From Candidatus Latescibacterota bacterium (lineage in GTDB: Bacteria; Latescibacterota; UBA2968; UBA8231): 64,000 bases of DNA. The stretch covers positions 1,344,001 through 1,408,000 of the forward strand of contig CBDFJF010000001.1 in the NCBI GenBank assembly GCA_965248265.1, read 5' to 3'. The translations under genes were made by a program, and so were the position numbers. The notes under the pieces are model-generated. The model saw nothing but the letters and a program-made list of their open reading frames with translations, was not told the DNA's origin and did not search any database. Positions 29,338 to 38,055 of the stretch are shown here, one piece after another; the first letter of the stretch is position 1, and each line of letters begins with the position of its first letter.

Positions 29338-31269
29338 CTACGGCGCAAATACCTGAAACCGCCCACCTTCACTTCCCCCGTCGACGACGTGGATCCGGCC
29401 TTGCGAGTCGACGACCATGTCGATAGCGGTCGGTGGTGAGACCTGGAATTCTCCCGGCGCGTCGCCGAATCTTCCCCATTTGGTGACAAAGCGTCGTTCC
29501 GTGTCTTGTGACCTGGCATCAAAGACCTGTAGCAGGCCGCGCGCCTCCATGACCATCAGTCTCGTGCTAGACGCGTCGAAGGCGATGACGAGGGGGTCGA
29601 GGGTTTCGCCGCTGTCGGGCCCGACGCCGTCGTCGAAGGTGCTGTCATTACCCCCGTAAATGGTGTCCGTGACCTTCGTCTTGGCGATGATGTGGTTGCG
29701 TTCGCGATCGGGGACGCTGAAGAAGAACTGGTCGTTGCCGCTGCCTGCCCCAGCCTCGGGCGCCCGGACGACGTGCTGAACTGGTATGCCCTGATCGGCG
29801 ATGAGCGTCTTCCGAATGAGATCGAGCGGACCCTCCACGTTCCCCTCGCTGTCACTGCGATACATGAACCCCTCGTAGTCTATCATCACAATTGACCCGT
29901 CCTCGTCTTCGTAGAGGCCGGCCGGAAATGCGCCGTCCGTATCGATCAGGCGGAACCACAGCTCCCGCCGATCGGTGTCGATGGCACCGAGGACGACGCT
30001 TTTGCTTACCGTGTCTGAAACAGCGGTGTAGACACGTCCGCCCGTATCGACTGCAAGCCGCACCGGGGAAAGGCGGTGAGGTATCAGGCTGTTGCCTTCC
30101 AGTCTCGAAAAGTAGGGTCGATACCCGTCACCCCCCGGAAACATGACCTGAACGCCCGCCTGCATCGCTCTGGCAGTGGTGGTCGAGATCGCCGACATGG
30201 CGATGTAGATATCATCCATCCCGTCCAGGGCAGCGCCGATCGCCTGCGCCTCGGAGTTGCTGATAGACTGGAGTTCCCGCGTCTCCACGAGCGGATAGAA
30301 AATGCCGCTTCGCTCTGGACTGGCGCTCGATATACCACCCTCCCATTCCGTGTGCACGACGACGCGGTAGAGGTACTCCGTGTTGCCGTCGAGGACGGTA
30401 TCCGTGTACGAGGTGATGGTCTGGGTTTCAAGTAGCTCCACGGGCACATTCAGCCCGCCTTCGACGCGCCGGTGCACCTCGTAGGCTTGGAACCTGGGCC
30501 CATCGTATTGTGACCACGCCAATTCGGCCGTGGCGGTTTCACTGCTCAATAAAAGGCTTTCGATGCGCACTGCTGGAATCTCATAGGAGATTTCGGCGCG
30601 GGCGCTCTCGAAGCCGGCGCCAAAGACGATGGTGTTGACCCAGTAGAAGTAGTCGGCGCCGGGGCGGGCGGTCGTGTCCGTCCAGGCGCTGGTCTCGACC
30701 TCAGGTATCGAGTCCAGCCGTGCTGTATCTTCGCCGAATGCACGGCGCCAAATCTCGTACCCGTCAAAACCCGGACCGATGTACGGGTCCCAGGTCAGCA
30801 CGATGTGCCCTGTTGCCGGGGAGTCAGCGATGGAGGTCAACTCGACACCGGTGACGGTAAACGACTGCACGGAAAGCGGTTCGCTGGGCACGCCAAAGCC
30901 CGCCGTGTTCACTACTTCGATCCAGTAGATGTAGTCCCGGTCCGGCCTGATTGACGTGTCGGCATACGCTGTCTGTGCTTGTTCGCCTAGGTGTGCGAGG
31001 GTATCAATCTCAACGAGTGTCTTCTCGCGGCGCATTACCAGGTACATGTGGAAATCGGTTTGCCCTTCGTACGGTGCCCATTCGATGAGCGCCACACCAG
31101 TGGAATCGCTGATCTGCGCGCGGACATCCTCGACTGGAGGCGTGAGCGCGGAGTCGAAGGGGTTTTCTCGCGAGGCGTCGTGGCACGATGCGAAGAGGCA
31201 TGCGACGATCATGAACGCGCTCGCGCGGACAGCGAAGTGCTGTCCCGTATGTGTCTGACCTGAGATCAT
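29338..31269 (-). CDS. Lipoprotein with three FN3-like repeats and an NHL-type beta-propeller
   Basis: Lipobox LFASC followed by RENPFD; three W..Y.G..F..Y...R..DT...Y.Y repeats; WGRFG...GEF..P....VDSQGRIHVVD. Confidence 0.7.
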   Translation of the reverse strand: MISGQTHTGQHFAVRASAFMIVACLFASCHDASRENPFDSALTPPVEDVRAQISDSTGVALIEWAPYEGQTDFHMYLVMRREKTLVEIDTLAHLGEQAQTAYADTSIRPDRDYIYWIEVVNTAGFGVPSEPLSVQSFTVTGVELTSIADSPATGHIVLTWDPYIGPGFDGYEIWRRAFGEDTARLDSIPEVETSAWTDTTARPGADYFYWVNTIVFGAGFESARAEISYEIPAVRIESLLLSSETATAELAWSQYDGPRFQAYEVHRRVEGGLNVPVELLETQTITSYTDTVLDGNTEYLYRVVVHTEWEGGISSASPERSGIFYPLVETRELQSISNSEAQAIGAALDGMDDIYIAMSAISTTTARAMQAGVQVMFPGGDGYRPYFSRLEGNSLIPHRLSPVRLAVDTGGRVYTAVSDTVSKSVVLGAIDTDRRELWFRLIDTDGAFPAGLYEDEDGSIVMIDYEGFMYRSDSEGNVEGPLDLIRKTLIADQGIPVQHVVRAPEAGAGSGNDQFFFSVPDRERNHIIAKTKVTDTIYGGNDSTFDDGVGPDSGETLDPLVIAFDASSTRLMVMEARGLLQVFDARSQDTERRFVTKWGRFGDAPGEFQVSPPTAIDMVVDSQGRIHVVDGGSEGGRFQVFAP

Positions 31270-31368
31270 TTGTTGGATACGGTATCGTTATGCGGAAGGA
31301 ATCATAAGTTCTCCGGCAATTGCCCGAGAAGCATACTGCCGTCGTCGTCGCCTGACAACACAACACCG

Positions 31369-31383
31369 GCAAACGACGTGCCA
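31369..31383 (-). promoter_or_regulatory. Sigma54 -24/-12 promoter for the FN3/NHL lipoprotein
   Basis: Minus strand TGGCACG-TCGT-TTGC matches the consensus, 100 bp upstream of the start at 31269. Confidence 0.85.
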
Positions 31384-31548
31384 GAGTCGGATTGATGCCC
31401 GTTCGCTGCCGCAGGCACGGGCGTTCGGCCACACGTCAATCTGCGGTCTGTTGAACCCAAATTCGTAAATTCGGTCGGAATTTATCACTATATTTTCTCC
31501 GTCGGGATTCGCTGGACTACAACGGGTGATTGGCGCGCTCTACAACGC

Positions 31549-33609
31549 ATGGCGAGAAACCCTTACCTGAACCGTTCCATGATCCGATCCGTCGATCAGT
31601 TCTTCGGCAGGAGCCGGGAAGTGGAACGCATAATGTCGCGCCTGGGCGCCGAACCACCGCAGTCGGTTTCGATCGTCGGGGCTCGCCGTGCGGGCAAGTC
31701 GTCCCTGCTTTGGCACATTGCCCAGAATGAGGTCTATGCCCGCTATCTGGACAAGCCTGAGCGCTACGCGTTCATATTTTTTGACTTTCAGGGACAACAA
31801 CATCTGGGTCAATCCGGTTTTTGCCGGGTCTTCGGCGAACATCTGAGTGCTGCCTGTGGAGACCGTTTTACAGTTCCAGCTCTTGACGATTTCGAGGGCA
31901 TGGAAGCAACCGTGCGCGATCTCAGCGCGCGGGGTCTTCAACTGGTATGTCTGTTCGACGAATTCGAAGCAGTAACCCGCAACCCCGGGTTTGGAGAGGA
32001 GTTCTTTGGTCTGCTGAGGGCGCTGGCCAACGCGCATTCGGTTGCCTTTGTAACCACTTCCCACCTCACGTTGCAGTCTCTGTGCCATACCAGTCAGATC
32101 TCCGAATCACCCTTCTTCAATATTTTCGCTGAATTAAAAATCGGACCGTTCAACGAAGCGGAGGTCAAGGAGCTCGTTGCCAAACCCTCAGCCAGTGCGG
32201 GGACGCCACTCTCGACCCACGAAGAAACGCTCGTGGATCTCAGCGGCCATCTGCCCCTATTCCTCCAGATTGCCTGTGCGGCCGCGTTCGAGTGTTTGAA
32301 TGAGAACCAGGACCATGAGCTGATCCACTCTCTCCTTGAGCAGCGCTTCATGGAGGAGGCAGTCTCTCACTTTCGATATATATGGGATCATTTCGATGAA
32401 GCTGAGCGGGAAACCGCTGTAATCCTGGCCGTCAATTCCACGCCCACGGCTGCCCTTTCTACGGTGCGCTCCCTCCTGGGAGACGGTTTCGTGCGCAATG
32501 TGCAGGGCCGGACCCGGCTTTTTTCGGCCTCGTTTTCCGCTTTCGCTAGAGAGCAGATGCCGGAGGTGCCGAAGGCGACCGCGGGCAGTATTCCATCGCC
32601 CCCATCCAGCCTCGAACCGCCCATGAGATCGGCGATCGACCCGGTAGCCGAAGAAGAAGATCCATTTCCGCAAATCGTGGGCCGCAGCATCGCCATCCGT
32701 CGCGTATTCGCCTTGATGCAAAAGGCCGTCGTCGCAGACGATACCGTCCTGCTCACGGGCGAGACCGGCACCGGCAAGGAACTGGTCGCCCGCTGTATTC
32801 ACGAGAGCAGCCGGCGCGGCAGCGGTCCTTTCGTTGCGGTGAACTGCGGCGCAATCGCCGAACACTTGCAGGAGAGCGAGTTGTTCGGTCATAAGAAGGG
32901 TGCATTCACCGATGCGGCCGCCGATCGCGAGGGATTGTTCGAAGCCGCTCATGAGGGCACGCTTTTTCTAGACGAGATCGGCGAGGTGGGCAGTGCCACC
33001 CAGGTCAAACTTCTGCGCGTTTTGCAGGAGGGGGAGATCCGCCGCGTGGGCGAGAATCACGCCCGCCAGGTGGATATCCGCCTCATTTGCGCCACCAACC
33101 GGAACCTTGAAGAAGAAGTAGAGGCGGGCCGATTCCGCCAGGATCTCTACTATCGCCTCTACGTAATCGCGCTCGAGCTTCCGGCCCTGCGCGATCGCAC
33201 GTCAGATATCCGCCTGTTGGTGGACAGCTTTCTGGCGGAGTATCCGGCGGGCACAACCGAGGATGCAGTGACCCATCTAAATGGTTACTCTTGGCCTGGA
33301 AACATTCGCGAGCTGGAAAATCAGCTTGCCAGCGCCCGCGCGATGGCAGGGGGCGATGCGATCCGTCCCCAACATCTGTGGCCCCGATTGCAGCTGGCCG
33401 CTGCCGAAGATGTCAACGTTGGTGGCTTCCGCACCGAGCTGACCAATTCCCTCTCCTTCAAAGAGGCTCGGGAGCAATTCGAAAGAGACTTGATCCAGTC
33501 ACGGCTGGAGAGACATGATTGGGAGATCGGCGCGGCGGCCGAGGCGCTGGATATCTCGCGGAGTCGACTATACGAGCTCGTGAAGCGCCACGGATTGAAG
33601 CGAGAGTGA
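31549..33609 (+). CDS. STAND-like ATPase fused to a sigma54 enhancer-binding AAA+ domain and Fis HTH
   Basis: N-terminal NPY..FFGR, GARRAGKS, LFDEFE; C-terminal GETGTGKE, ESELFGHKKGAFTDA, LFLDEIGE, FRQDLYYRL, WPGNIRELEN, HTH. Confidence 0.9.
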   Translation: MARNPYLNRSMIRSVDQFFGRSREVERIMSRLGAEPPQSVSIVGARRAGKSSLLWHIAQNEVYARYLDKPERYAFIFFDFQGQQHLGQSGFCRVFGEHLSAACGDRFTVPALDDFEGMEATVRDLSARGLQLVCLFDEFEAVTRNPGFGEEFFGLLRALANAHSVAFVTTSHLTLQSLCHTSQISESPFFNIFAELKIGPFNEAEVKELVAKPSASAGTPLSTHEETLVDLSGHLPLFLQIACAAAFECLNENQDHELIHSLLEQRFMEEAVSHFRYIWDHFDEAERETAVILAVNSTPTAALSTVRSLLGDGFVRNVQGRTRLFSASFSAFAREQMPEVPKATAGSIPSPPSSLEPPMRSAIDPVAEEEDPFPQIVGRSIAIRRVFALMQKAVVADDTVLLTGETGTGKELVARCIHESSRRGSGPFVAVNCGAIAEHLQESELFGHKKGAFTDAAADREGLFEAAHEGTLFLDEIGEVGSATQVKLLRVLQEGEIRRVGENHARQVDIRLICATNRNLEEEVEAGRFRQDLYYRLYVIALELPALRDRTSDIRLLVDSFLAEYPAGTTEDAVTHLNGYSWPGNIRELENQLASARAMAGGDAIRPQHLWPRLQLAAAEDVNVGGFRTELTNSLSFKEAREQFERDLIQSRLERHDWEIGAAAEALDISRSRLYELVKRHGLKRE

Positions 33610-33776
33610 TATCCGCTCTGCGTCACGCGTCCGGAAAACAGGATTTCCGACCTGAATCCGTCTTGAATCCCGGACAGCTGAACTGACCCTCGCCGATTTT
33701 CCCGTCCATCCATTTTTCTCTAAGTTACAATGAAAATTCGACGTTACGTATCATGGGCGTCTTTCGGGACTTGCGG

Positions 33777-33791
33777 TGGCACGGCCATTGC
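33777..33791 (+). promoter_or_regulatory. Sigma54 -24/-12 promoter for the ATPase-PEGA operon
   Basis: TGGCACG-GCCA-TTGC matches the consensus; an AT-rich tract lies upstream. Confidence 0.88.
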
Positions 33792-33865
33792 GATAGAGAA
33801 CCCGGAGGCAGTCCGTTGATGCCAGATTGGACTCCAAACTTGAAAAAACTTCACTGAAGTGGAAT

Positions 33866-36208
33866 ATGGCACCCTCTCAACAAACCGGTGAGTTCAGTCC
33901 CATTTCGCCGAACCCGTTTATTACGGGCAATCCAGTACGTGATCCCAGCCTCTTCTTCGGGCGGGAGGACGATTTCGCCCACGTGCGCCAACGCCTCATC
34001 GCCGAGTCGGAAGGCATCGTGATGCTGTTCGTCGGCGAGCGGCGCAGCGGCAAGACCTCCATCATGTTCCAGATCCTGGATGGTCGCCTGGGCGAGGAGT
34101 TCCTGCCGATCTTCATCGACATGCAACAGATCGCCGGTATTACGGGGGACAACGACCTGCTGGGACGCATCGCCGAGTTCACCATCGAGCAGATCGATGA
34201 CCAGCGGCTGGTAGTTGAGTACTACGACTTTGCTCAAGGGAATCCCGTACTCACGTTCGACCGGTTGCTGGACGATATCCGCCAGATCTTCCCAGACAAG
34301 CGCCTGGTTTTTCTGGTAGACGAGGCGGAGATCCTGCAAGCCAAGGAAATGCGTGAGGAGATCACCAGCGCCGCCGTGATGTACCTCTCCAATATCCTCG
34401 AGAGTCGGAATGTGTCGTTCTGCTTCACCGGTTCCAGCGGTCTGGCCGACTCAGGCAGTACGGGCTGGCGTCGCTTGATCAGCAAGGGGGAAGCACGGGA
34501 GATCACCTTCCTGAGCAAGACCGATACCCTGCGTCTGATACAGCATCCCGTTGAGGGGCGCGTACACTACGGAGAGGGGGTGGTCGACTCGATTTACGAC
34601 CTCACTTTCGGCCATCCGTTCTACACCCAGGTGATTTGCACCAACGTCGTGGACTATCTCAATGAAGCGCAGAAAAACGATTTGAGTGTGGAAGGTCTGC
34701 AGGACGTCGTGCGCACGATCATCGACAACCCACCCCCGCAGATGGTGTACGCCTGGGACGAATTGAGTGACACGGACAGGCTTTCTCTTTCGCTGTTGAG
34801 CGAGGAGAGCGACGAGGCCGTTCTGGTAAAGCCGCAGGAACTCTTTGAGAAAATTAGTGAAAACAATTATCCACTGCAGCTGAAGTCGGATGCGTTGCAC
34901 AAGTCGCTGGAGGATCTTTACGCACACAAGGTGCTGGAACGGGACGACGAAGGAGGATATCGGTTCAGGGTCGATCTCTTTCGCCAGTGGATCCGGCGGG
35001 CCCGCTCCATCTGGAGCCTGGTAGAAGAGCAAGCCCCGCACAAGGGTCGGCAGGCGGTCTGGGCCGGCGCTGGTGTCGTCGCTTTCGCACTCGCAGCTAC
35101 GCTGGGATACTGGCTTTCCGGATCAACGGATAGTGAAACTTCAGCTGGAGTTACCCCGCCTGCGCTGGAGAAGGGCCGCATGTGGGTCGAATCGGACCTG
35201 CGCGAGGTGCAGGTTCTCGTAAACGGCGTGGAACGAGCCTCGAGAGCGCCTGTAATGATTTCCGATCTGCAACCGGGGAATTACAAAGTCGAGGTGAAGA
35301 AACCGAAGTTTCACACCTGGAGTCGTGAGGTAGCCATCCATGCGGGGCAAACCGACAGTCTTCAGGTCGATCTGGTGCGCCAGACCGGATCCCTCAGCGT
35401 GCGCTCCCAACCGGCAGGGGTGTTGGTACAGATCGAAGGCGAGCTCGACACCAGCGCAGTCACTCCCATCGAAGAACTGGCTCTGCCAACAGGGGGTTAC
35501 CAGGTTTTGATGAGACAGCAAGGATACGTCGAACAACGCCGCACAGTGGTTATCGACGATGGCGCCCCCGTGGAGGTGCAGTTCCAGCTGCGCGCCCGGG
35601 TGGGCAACATCTATGTCGAATCACAACCACGAGGTGCCCTGATCCTGCTCGATGGCAAGTCTACCGGCTTGAAGTCGCCTGCGCTTCTGCAAGGCCAACC
35701 GGTAGGTCGCCACAACGTCGGACTGCGGCTTGCCGACTATCAAACCACCGACAAACAAATCGACGTCGCTCTGGGGCAGACGGACACGGTGCGTTGGAGT
35801 TTGACGTTAAACCCCGCCCAAATCCAGATAACCAGTGTCCCCCCGGGCGCGGATATCCTCATCGATGGAAAAACGCATGGCCAGACGCCGGCCGGAATTC
35901 AACTCGAGCCGGGCCGATATCGGTTGCAGCTCGTACTGGAAGGTTACGAGCCCCACGAATTAGAGCAGGAGCTTCAGCCGGGCCAGTCCTACGAACCGCG
36001 GATCACTCTTGTGCCCCAGTACGGTTGGTTGCGAATCGTGAAACCCCTCTTCGGCACGGTGGTCATCAATGGCTCCGACGAACACACGGTGCCACCGGGT
36101 GATATACAGCTGCAAGTAGGCGCCTATAGCATCGCGAGCAAAGGGAATACCCAATCCACGAAGGTTACCGTCACCAAGGGTGATACAGTAAAGGTCTCAT
36201 TGCCATGA
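33866..36208 (+). CDS. STAND-like ATPase + TM helix + 4-5 PEGA repeats
   Basis: NPFITGNPV..FFGRE, GERRSGKTS, LVDEAE, GHPFYTQ; TM AVWAGAGVVAFALAATLGYWL; PEGA repeats (V.SQP.GA.I.LDG). Start could be TTG at 33827. Confidence 0.85.
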   Translation: MAPSQQTGEFSPISPNPFITGNPVRDPSLFFGREDDFAHVRQRLIAESEGIVMLFVGERRSGKTSIMFQILDGRLGEEFLPIFIDMQQIAGITGDNDLLGRIAEFTIEQIDDQRLVVEYYDFAQGNPVLTFDRLLDDIRQIFPDKRLVFLVDEAEILQAKEMREEITSAAVMYLSNILESRNVSFCFTGSSGLADSGSTGWRRLISKGEAREITFLSKTDTLRLIQHPVEGRVHYGEGVVDSIYDLTFGHPFYTQVICTNVVDYLNEAQKNDLSVEGLQDVVRTIIDNPPPQMVYAWDELSDTDRLSLSLLSEESDEAVLVKPQELFEKISENNYPLQLKSDALHKSLEDLYAHKVLERDDEGGYRFRVDLFRQWIRRARSIWSLVEEQAPHKGRQAVWAGAGVVAFALAATLGYWLSGSTDSETSAGVTPPALEKGRMWVESDLREVQVLVNGVERASRAPVMISDLQPGNYKVEVKKPKFHTWSREVAIHAGQTDSLQVDLVRQTGSLSVRSQPAGVLVQIEGELDTSAVTPIEELALPTGGYQVLMRQQGYVEQRRTVVIDDGAPVEVQFQLRARVGNIYVESQPRGALILLDGKSTGLKSPALLQGQPVGRHNVGLRLADYQTTDKQIDVALGQTDTVRWSLTLNPAQIQITSVPPGADILIDGKTHGQTPAGIQLEPGRYRLQLVLEGYEPHELEQELQPGQSYEPRITLVPQYGWLRIVKPLFGTVVINGSDEHTVPPGDIQLQVGAYSIASKGNTQSTKVTVTKGDTVKVSLP

Positions 36209-37002
36209 AAAATTCTCGAAGGGTGGGTACAGTTGTCGCAGCCGTGGTAATGGTCGCCACTCCGCTTTTGAGCCAGGATTCGCCGTTGCAAAAAGCGATT
36301 GCTCAATTTTACGAGGGGGAATGGGAAGGATCGATTGGCGCGATGAACGTGTTGCTTGCGGATGACTCGATGGCGCTCGACGAACAATCGATGGCACGAA
36401 AATTCGTCGCCCTTGGTTACATACTCCTGGGACGGGACGCGGAAGCCGTGTCAGTCTACAAACAGATCGTTCGCGATGATCCGTCTTTTGACATGGACGC
36501 ATTGTCCATAGAGGGAGGGGAGACCCCGGAGGCAGCAGTCCGTTTCTTTGGCCAGGCGATATTGGAGGTGCGTCAGGAAGACATGCGGACTCGGGAAGCT
36601 CAGCTGGCGCGGACCTCGCGCCGAAGCGCGCTGCTGCGTTCCGCCCTGCTACCTGGATGGGGCCAACGCTATCAGGGGTACCGGGGCCGCAGTTTTGTGA
36701 TGATGGGGGGCATGGCGGCGGCGGCCATTTACGCCGTCTCCACGGAGCGCGCCTACCGGACGGCCAAAGATGACTACGAAATGGCGCGTCCTGGTGCCGA
36801 TTTCGAAAACCTGTTCGACGAGTACACCCGCAAGGCAGACCAGTCCGATGTGGCCATCGGCATTCTTGGGGCGGTCTGGCTGTACAATGTGCTGGATACG
36901 GTTTTTCAGGGGCCGAATATCGAACGTCCCAGCGGCGGCTTATTCCTGTGGAACGGGCCCGGTGAACAGGGCCTGCGCATGAGTTACAGAGTGAGATTCT
37001 AA
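36205..37002 (+). CDS. Secreted TPR-like + DUF5683-type envelope protein
   Basis: Signal peptide; helical TPR-like N-terminus; SALLPGWGQRY motif; C-terminal Phe; ATGA overlap with the upstream gene. Confidence 0.65.
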   Translation: MKNSRRVGTVVAAVVMVATPLLSQDSPLQKAIAQFYEGEWEGSIGAMNVLLADDSMALDEQSMARKFVALGYILLGRDAEAVSVYKQIVRDDPSFDMDALSIEGGETPEAAVRFFGQAILEVRQEDMRTREAQLARTSRRSALLRSALLPGWGQRYQGYRGRSFVMMGGMAAAAIYAVSTERAYRTAKDDYEMARPGADFENLFDEYTRKADQSDVAIGILGAVWLYNVLDTVFQGPNIERPSGGLFLWNGPGEQGLRMSYRVRF

Positions 37003-37020
37003 GGAGAAAGCGGGTCGAAC

Positions 37021-38046
37021 GTGGAAAACCCATACGTACACACTCGTCCCATCGAGGGCAACAATGAATTCTACAACCGCACGTCCGAGATCATGCGGAT
37101 CTCCTCTCGGGTGGCGGCGGACCGGCCACAGTCGGTCTCCATCGTTGGTGAACCGGGCATCGGTAAGACCTCACTACTGAACTGGCTGTGCGATCCGACC
37201 TCCCAAGCAGAGTATCTCGACGAGCCCGACTCGTACGTGATGCTGCTACTCAGCCTCGAGAAAAATTCTCCCGAGAATCCCGAAGCGTTCTTTGGCCTCG
37301 TGCAAACCGCTCTCGACGCGGCCGATCGCGGATCGATGAAGCCCAACTACGACGGATTCAACGATCTGGTGAAACGGTTGATGCAGGAAAAGAAAAAGCT
37401 GGTTCTGTTCTGCGATGACTTCGGAGCCGTAACCCAGCACCAGGATTTTCCACTGGACTTCTTCTCCTTCATGCGCTCCTTGGCCAACAGCCACGATGTT
37501 GGATATGTGACCACTTCTTCGGGACCCTTGCAGAAGTTGTGTCACACCCAGGATATCGAGGAGTCGCCCTTCTTCAACATCTTCACCACCGTTAATCTCG
37601 AGGCTTTCAAGGCCGAAGAAGCCCGGCGCCTCGTGGAGGAACCAGCCCGGGCGGCGGGTCGACCGTTCGAGCAGGAGACCGAATGGGTGCTGGATCTGGG
37701 GGGCAACCTCCCTTACCTGTTGCAGGCCACGGCCAGCATCGCCTTCGATGTTCGCATCAACGGATCTATTGAGCAAGAAGACCTGCGCGACGCCGCCGCC
37801 AGGGAGGTGAAGGGATACCTCGAAGCCCTGTGGGAAGATGCGTTTACCGAGGCGGAGCAGGAGGTCCTGCGCCGCCTCTCTGGTGGCAAACCGGTGGAAC
37901 GCCGCCTGGAGTTTGCCGCCGAGGCATTGGAACGCAGTGGTCATCTGCGTAGAGCCGGCTCCGACTACGAGATCGCCGCGGGTCTGCTTGCCCGCTTTGT
38001 CAAGGATCACAGCAGCGGCGGTTTTCTGAAACGGTTGTTCGGCTGA
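37021..38046 (+). CDS. Stand-alone STAND-like ATPase with amphipathic C-terminal tail
   Basis: NPY, GEPGIGKTS, LFCDDF, SPFFNIF; ends in GGFLKRLFG. Confidence 0.8.
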   Translation: MENPYVHTRPIEGNNEFYNRTSEIMRISSRVAADRPQSVSIVGEPGIGKTSLLNWLCDPTSQAEYLDEPDSYVMLLLSLEKNSPENPEAFFGLVQTALDAADRGSMKPNYDGFNDLVKRLMQEKKKLVLFCDDFGAVTQHQDFPLDFFSFMRSLANSHDVGYVTTSSGPLQKLCHTQDIEESPFFNIFTTVNLEAFKAEEARRLVEEPARAAGRPFEQETEWVLDLGGNLPYLLQATASIAFDVRINGSIEQEDLRDAAAREVKGYLEALWEDAFTEAEQEVLRRLSGGKPVERRLEFAAEALERSGHLRRAGSDYEIAAGLLARFVKDHSSGGFLKRLFG

Positions 38047-38055
38047 GGGATCCAT

